From Lama guanicoe (taxonomy: Eukaryota), in NCBI GenBank assembly GCA_013239625.1, contig MU053432.1, positions 65,940 through 129,939 of the forward strand: a stretch of DNA of 64,000 nucleotides, read 5' to 3'. A program made the translations under genes and the position numbers. Each line of letters opens with the position of its first letter. Within the stretch, counting starts at the first letter, position 1. The notes under the pieces were generated by a model that ran no database searches, was not told the origin of the DNA, and saw only the letters and a program-made list of their open reading frames with translations. Below, piece after piece: positions 1-64,000 of the stretch.

Positions 1-675
1 ACAGTCTACTTCCCAGAGGTACTGACTGACATCAGACCCATGTCTAACCCAAAATGTCATCAAAGGCAAAAGGCGCAGACTTAAGAGAGGTGCTCTTGGG
101 AGTTTACAGGGGTCTCACACTCTCCCTGATATGGGACTAGAGAAAGATCATTCAGCATCTGCCCCACCACAGCAGGGTCAAGCTGCTCCTTGCCAGCTGC
201 AAAGCTGGGGACAGAGGTTCCCAACGCCAAGCACCAGCGCTGGTGGCGGGACTTCCGCCCGCCTCCTGACCCTCATGTGGGACTCAGGTTCTTATTTTCA
301 CGACACTGATCAGCAAGAGAAACTTGGAACTTCTCAAGGCCCACTCCTTTCACTAAAGCTGTGTAGACTCTGGGCAAGTTCCTCAACTCCCTGTAACAAT
401 CATGGTGACAGCAGGTAACCATCCAGTCGATGAGTCTCTCCGCCCTGCGCACTGCCCAGGCAAGGGGCACAGCTCTGTCCTTTCAACCTGTAGCTGAGAA
501 GCTTCCAGAGGAGGACTGAGGAACTTCCTGAGTTTAAAATAATTTATTCAAAACATACGTAGGTGAGGGAAGAAAAGAGAAGAGAAATAGTGATGAGAGG
601 AGACAAAGGGGAAGAGATGGAGACAGATAGGGAACAGTGAAAAGAAAAGAGAATTCAGTATTTCCATACAGGGGG

Positions 676-797
676 TGAGTGTGGCAAACTTCTACAAAAG
701 GTCAGAAAATAAAATACTTTGAACTTGGTGGGTCTTATGGTCCGCTGCAACTACTCTGCTATTATCGTTGACAACAGTCATAGACAACACGTGAACA
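676..797. mobile_element. MER58-like hAT DNA transposon fragment
   Basis: Resembles the MER58A 5' part (ggcaaact...aaaggtcaga...aatacttt). Confidence 0.5.
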
Positions 798-800
798 AAA

Positions 801-1025
801 GGGGGAGGGTGTAGCTCAGTGGTAGAGTGCATGCCTAGCATGCACAAGGTCCTGGGTTCAATCCCCAGTTCCTCCATTAAAAATAAATAAGCCTTCCCAC
901 ATAGTAAGCTGACTATACCTCAATTTAAAAATAAGAAATAAATAAAAATATTAAAAAAAATAAGCTCAATTACCTGCCCCCCAACAAAATTTTAAAAAAT
1001 AAATAAAATTTAAATAAAAAAAAAA
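801..1025 (+). mobile_element. tRNA-derived SINE (vic-1-like) with an internal insertion
   Basis: GGGGGAGGGTGTAGCTCAGTGGTAGAG...GGTTCAATCCCCAG A/B boxes, A-rich tail. Confidence 0.85.
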
Positions 1026-1467
1026 CAAATGTGGATGCATCTCAAAACCGTGAGTGCTGTGTGAGAAGAGCCACTCACAAAAGGGAAGGTGCCATATGAT
1101 TCCCCTGTAAGTCCGAAATTAAGTAAAACTAAACAATGTGGATGCATACATAGATATATGGGGGGTGGGGGTGGTGAAAGCAAGGGCCTTAGTCACCATG
1201 GCACTTTCTCCTGGTGAGGGATGTGATTCTGTGGATGTGAAGGCTGCAGCTGGGAGGGGCTTGCAGGGGCTTCCAAGCCGGGTGGCGAAACCCAGCCCTA
1301 CTTCTGGTCATTAATCTTTAAACTATAATATAGACATTATATACACTCTTCGGAATGCCTGATAATTCACCATCAAATAGAGAGAGAGAGAGAGAGAAAA
1401 CAGTAAGGAAAGAATGGAGAGCTGGAGGGAGACAGATGGGCAGGAGGAGTGGACATCAGGCACTCAC

Positions 1468-60468
<59,001 letters not shown>

Positions 60469-60926
60469 CGTGCCGCGCGTCCCGACGGCGCGAAGTTGGA
60501 AAACCAAGGCTTGGAGCGCGTGCGGAGGTGGTGGGCCGCGCGGTTAGACCGCTTTGTACCCGGGCTTGGCAGCCCGGCCGGGAGCGGTGAGTCCGGCAGG
60601 CACACAAAGAAGGCACACGATGGCGCGCCCGGCTGGAGGGTCCTGGGTCTCTAAAAAGAGGTTTTGGTAGTCACAACTACTGGAAGGAGCCCAGGAATCA
60701 CTCCCGGCGACGTGCTGGGATGCCCCACTGACAAGATACTAACTTCAGCCACAAGATCCCTAAGGCTCAACTTGAGAAGAATCACGGCCCAACTCTACTA
60801 GGGCAGTGGGACTTCTCTGGCTCACACACTTGCTGCTCTCGCCTGCGGATCTCCCCGGCTTGGTGACACGGCTGTGCTAGCGGCGGCCCGGGACTCCTGC
60901 GCTGGAGTTTCGAGCAACAATGTGGC

Positions 60927-61124
60927 TTATTGAGGGGTTGCCGGCTCGCGGGCCTCCTGGTCAGTGACGCGCGCACGCCCATTGGCTGCGCGAGGAGGGT
61001 GTGTGCGCCCACGGGCCGCCCGCCGCCTAGGCGCAGCCAGTCAGCGCGCAGGGCCCGCGGGCGCGGCTGCTCAGACACCCGAGCCGGCAAACTGGAGGGG
61101 CGCGCCTGGGGCGGGGGGCGGGGC
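60927..61124 (-). promoter_or_regulatory. HK2 core promoter: AATAA TATA-like box (60927-60931), CRE-like site (60965-60970), CCAAT box (60981-60985), Y-box-position element (61035-61044), GC boxes (~61108-61124); TSS inferred near 60900
   Basis: Motifs read directly; order matches the described mammalian HK2 promoter (TATA-like, CRE, CCAAT, inverted CCAAT). Confidence 0.75.
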
Positions 61125-62149
61125 CAGGAGGCGAGGATGAGACGTGTGGTCCGTGGCAAGAGGCTGGGGCGGAAAGGCGCATGAGCCACCGCCGCGTCAG
61201 GCTCAGCTATGGGTGGGGGGCGCGTGATCACAGACCCGGAGTGTGAGGCTACTGGAAAGACGGGTCAGCGGACCAGCATACGCCCTGGGCCGGGAGAGAA
61301 ACACCTTCTGGCACCTTGGGGTCATATGAGCGCCTCCCGCAACACCCCCCACCCACCCCCTGCGCGCTCCTGGGTCACGTTTCTGAAGCATCTTAGTTCT
61401 CACCTATTGTGGCTCAACACGTCCGCGTCATACTGATGCAAACTGAGCCGCTGCAGCCACTTCTTACTTTATGCCGTGCATCACAAAACTGAACGGTTGT
61501 GGGGTTTACTAACCTCGTTTTACAGATGAGGAAACTGAGGCACAGGGCCGTTAAGAGATTTGCCCAAAATGAGTGGCAGTAAGGGAAGGACCCCAAGTCC
61601 GACTAACTTCGAGGCCCTATCCGTTTCCCTATTGTCCTATCCTGTCTTAGATCTAAGAGATCTAAGAGCCAGGGAAGTCGAAAGCAGGAAAGAGCTTTGT
61701 CTGAAGCTGCGGGACTAATGCGGGGGTGACACTGGGTGGGTAATAAGTGTGTAACTGAATGAATCTTGACATGTGTGGGGTGGGATGGGGTGGGCTGGCT
61801 TACGGATGCTGAGAGGAGTGGGAGCTCAAGCCACAGCTAGTGCCTAGCACCAGACTTTTATACGTAGTGGAAGCCGGCAAGAGTGCAGCCTAGGGGAGAT
61901 CGGTGCTTATGGAGAATAGCAAGCCTGGGGTTGGAAAGGTCGCAGGGGAGGGAAGGTGAGGGTTTACAGTGTTCTACTGAAGCATTTCTCCTCTCATAAA
62001 CAGTGAGGTGCTATCTGTAATGTGTAAATAGTAACAACAATAGTAGTAATAATAACACAAGTATTAAATGTTCATTGTTGGAAAATAAACAAACAGAAAA
62101 AAACAAAAACATTCATGATCTAGCCTCTGAGTAAAACTTCTTGAAAGCT

Positions 62150-63420
62150 AACCTACCCTTGCCAACTACACATTCTCATCCCTCCTTCCCTGTAACTCCA
62201 GTCAGGCTTGAGTCCCAAACTGCTTTTGTCATGGTCACCAAAATGATCTACATATTGCCAGAGCCTGTGTTCCCATCGCTTGTATGCCTTGGCTCACTCC
62301 ACCTCTCAGGGATGTTGGACACAGTTCACCAAATCCACCATCTGGACACACCTTCCTCTGTTTGAGCCGGGGATGCTCCACCCTCCTGGTTTTCCTCTAA
62401 CCTCACTCTGCAGTCTCTGCAGCCCCAGTTTTCTCTGCTGGTAAATGCTGGAGTCCGCCAGGGCTGTCCTTCACCTCTTTTCTGATCTAGTTACACTCTC
62501 TCCCCGGCGTTCACTGCCAGCCCCGTGACTGTTGTATCATTTACAATCTGATGATGAACAAATCTATAGCGAGTACCTCTCCTGGAGCTCTGGACTTACT
62601 CCTCCAACTACCACTTGTCATCTCATCTCCCACTGAAGCAACTGGCATCTCACACAATGTCCGAAGCTGAACTCAAGTTTTCTTCCCAAATGTATTCCTT
62701 TCATGGTTCTCAGCAAATTGCATCACCGTCCACCCTAAATCATCCTTGATTCCTTCCTACCACTCACCTTTATATCCAACCTATCAGCAATCAGTCAATT
62801 TGACCCAGAGAATAGACCTTATGATTGGCTTCTCTCCATGTCCTTGGACACCTCCTAGCCAAGCCGCCAACAGCTCAGCCAGAACCAATACTATATTGTC
62901 ACACCTTGCACCCTGCTTCCATACATGCCTGACTCCTATAGTCAGTCACTTGTTCATTCAGGAGCCAAAGTGACCATTTAAAATATGAACCACTCTATGT
63001 CTCTCCCTGGCTCGAAGCCATTTAATGTCTTCCAATCTTAGAATAAATTTCAAATTCCTGACAAAGACCACTAAGTCTTTTACTAAGTCAAACTCTTTCT
63101 TACGCAAGGGCCTTCACTCGCCCTTCTTCTTCCGCCTGGGATGTTCTTCATCAGGTCTGTGTCCAGCTGCCTCTTCCTCCATATTTCACCCAAAATATCA
63201 CCTCCTCAGAGGACTTTTCCTGACCGGTTTATCTCAAGTAGTTCCCCAAGTCACTATCACATGACTCTGATTTCCTCTGGATTTTCTGTGTATTCACTTT
63301 CTCCTCACTAGCCCGTGAGCTACGTTAAGAGGGCGGGATCTGCACCTATGTTGCTTCCTCATCTCCGCAGCACCTGGGATGGTACCTGTCTCATTGTAGT
63401 CATGTACTGAATATTGGTTG
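62150..63420. mobile_element. Old L2 fragments upstream of the promoter
   Basis: actccagtcaggctt...ggtcacca...cacaatgtccgaagctgaactc; agggcgggatc...gcacctgggatggtacctg. Confidence 0.55.
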
Positions 63421-63809
63421 GTTATATGAATAGAAAAAAAAAATCTTAGAGATAACCATTGTTCACATTTTGTATAACGATTTATGCACCCAGCATCTCT
63501 CACTGGATTGCAACAGTCTTATAACTGGGCTTCCCTCTTTAGATATAGGAACATTATAGATATGTAGGTTTAGCTCTCCAAAAGAGATTCTTACAGAAGT
63601 GATAAGATCTAACTTTTTTTTTGGGGGGGGGCAATAATTGCCTTCCAAGTGGAGAGAAGGAGAGGAGGTCTGAGACCAGAGGCAGAAAGAGACTGAAGCC
63701 AGAAGATAGGATCAGGGCCTGAGCTAAGATGAGGGTGGGGCAGAGAGTCAGACTATACATTTAGATGGTTTAAGGTCTGGGGTGGAATTGATGGCTTTGG
63801 CTAGAATGG

Positions 63810-63949
63810 ATTTTATTTATTTACTTTTTGGTTAGGGGGGTGATTAGATTTATTTACTTATTTTATTTTTAGAGGAGGTACTGGGGATTGAACCCAGGAC
63901 CTTGTGCATGCTAAGTATGCACTCTCCCACCTGAGCTATCCCTTCCCCC
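63810..63949 (-). mobile_element. tRNA-derived SINE with a 17-bp TSD
   Basis: TSD ttgatggctttggctag at 63788-63804 and 63950-63966. Confidence 0.88.
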
Positions 63950-64000
63950 TTGATGGCTTTGGCTAGGAGTGGTGGATCAAGAGAAGGATGCCCGCTGCCT

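Noticed and set aside
801..875. tRNA-Ala-like sequences as real tRNA genes
   Set aside because: Many diverged copies with A tails and TSDs; these are SINEs.
1..1467. HK2 exon 18
   Set aside because: No FAK...[11 protein letters not shown] coding sequence found; it must lie beyond the window start.
60469..60900. Upstream ORFs in the ~430-nt 5'UTR
   Set aside because: No upstream AUG found on the minus strand by manual scan.

Overview
Mammalian genomic DNA, probably camelid (tRNA-Ala-derived vic-1-like SINEs, cetartiodactyl-type L1 3' ends). The window is almost entirely the hexokinase 2 (HK2) gene on the minus strand: CpG-island promoter near 59.4-61.5 kb, and coding exons 1-17 with canonical GT-AG junctions and the expected sizes (63,163,149,120,96,100,184,156,234,305,149,120,96,100,184,156,234 nt). 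Exon 18 lies beyond position 1. The main anomaly is a 661/662-bp tandem duplication (8770-10093) carrying complete second copies of exons 11 and 12 with intact splice sites. Exons and flanks are identical; all ~10 differences fall in intron 11; using both cassettes would frameshift. A second 184-bp tandem duplication lies in intron 12, and both have a single extra A at the junction, so an assembly artefact must be excluded first. Other items: a tailless tRNA-Cys 5' half, an inverted L1 with an apparent 3' transduction, a polyadenylated copy of an LTR R region, and a CCAAT>CCAGT variant at the promoter Y-box position.
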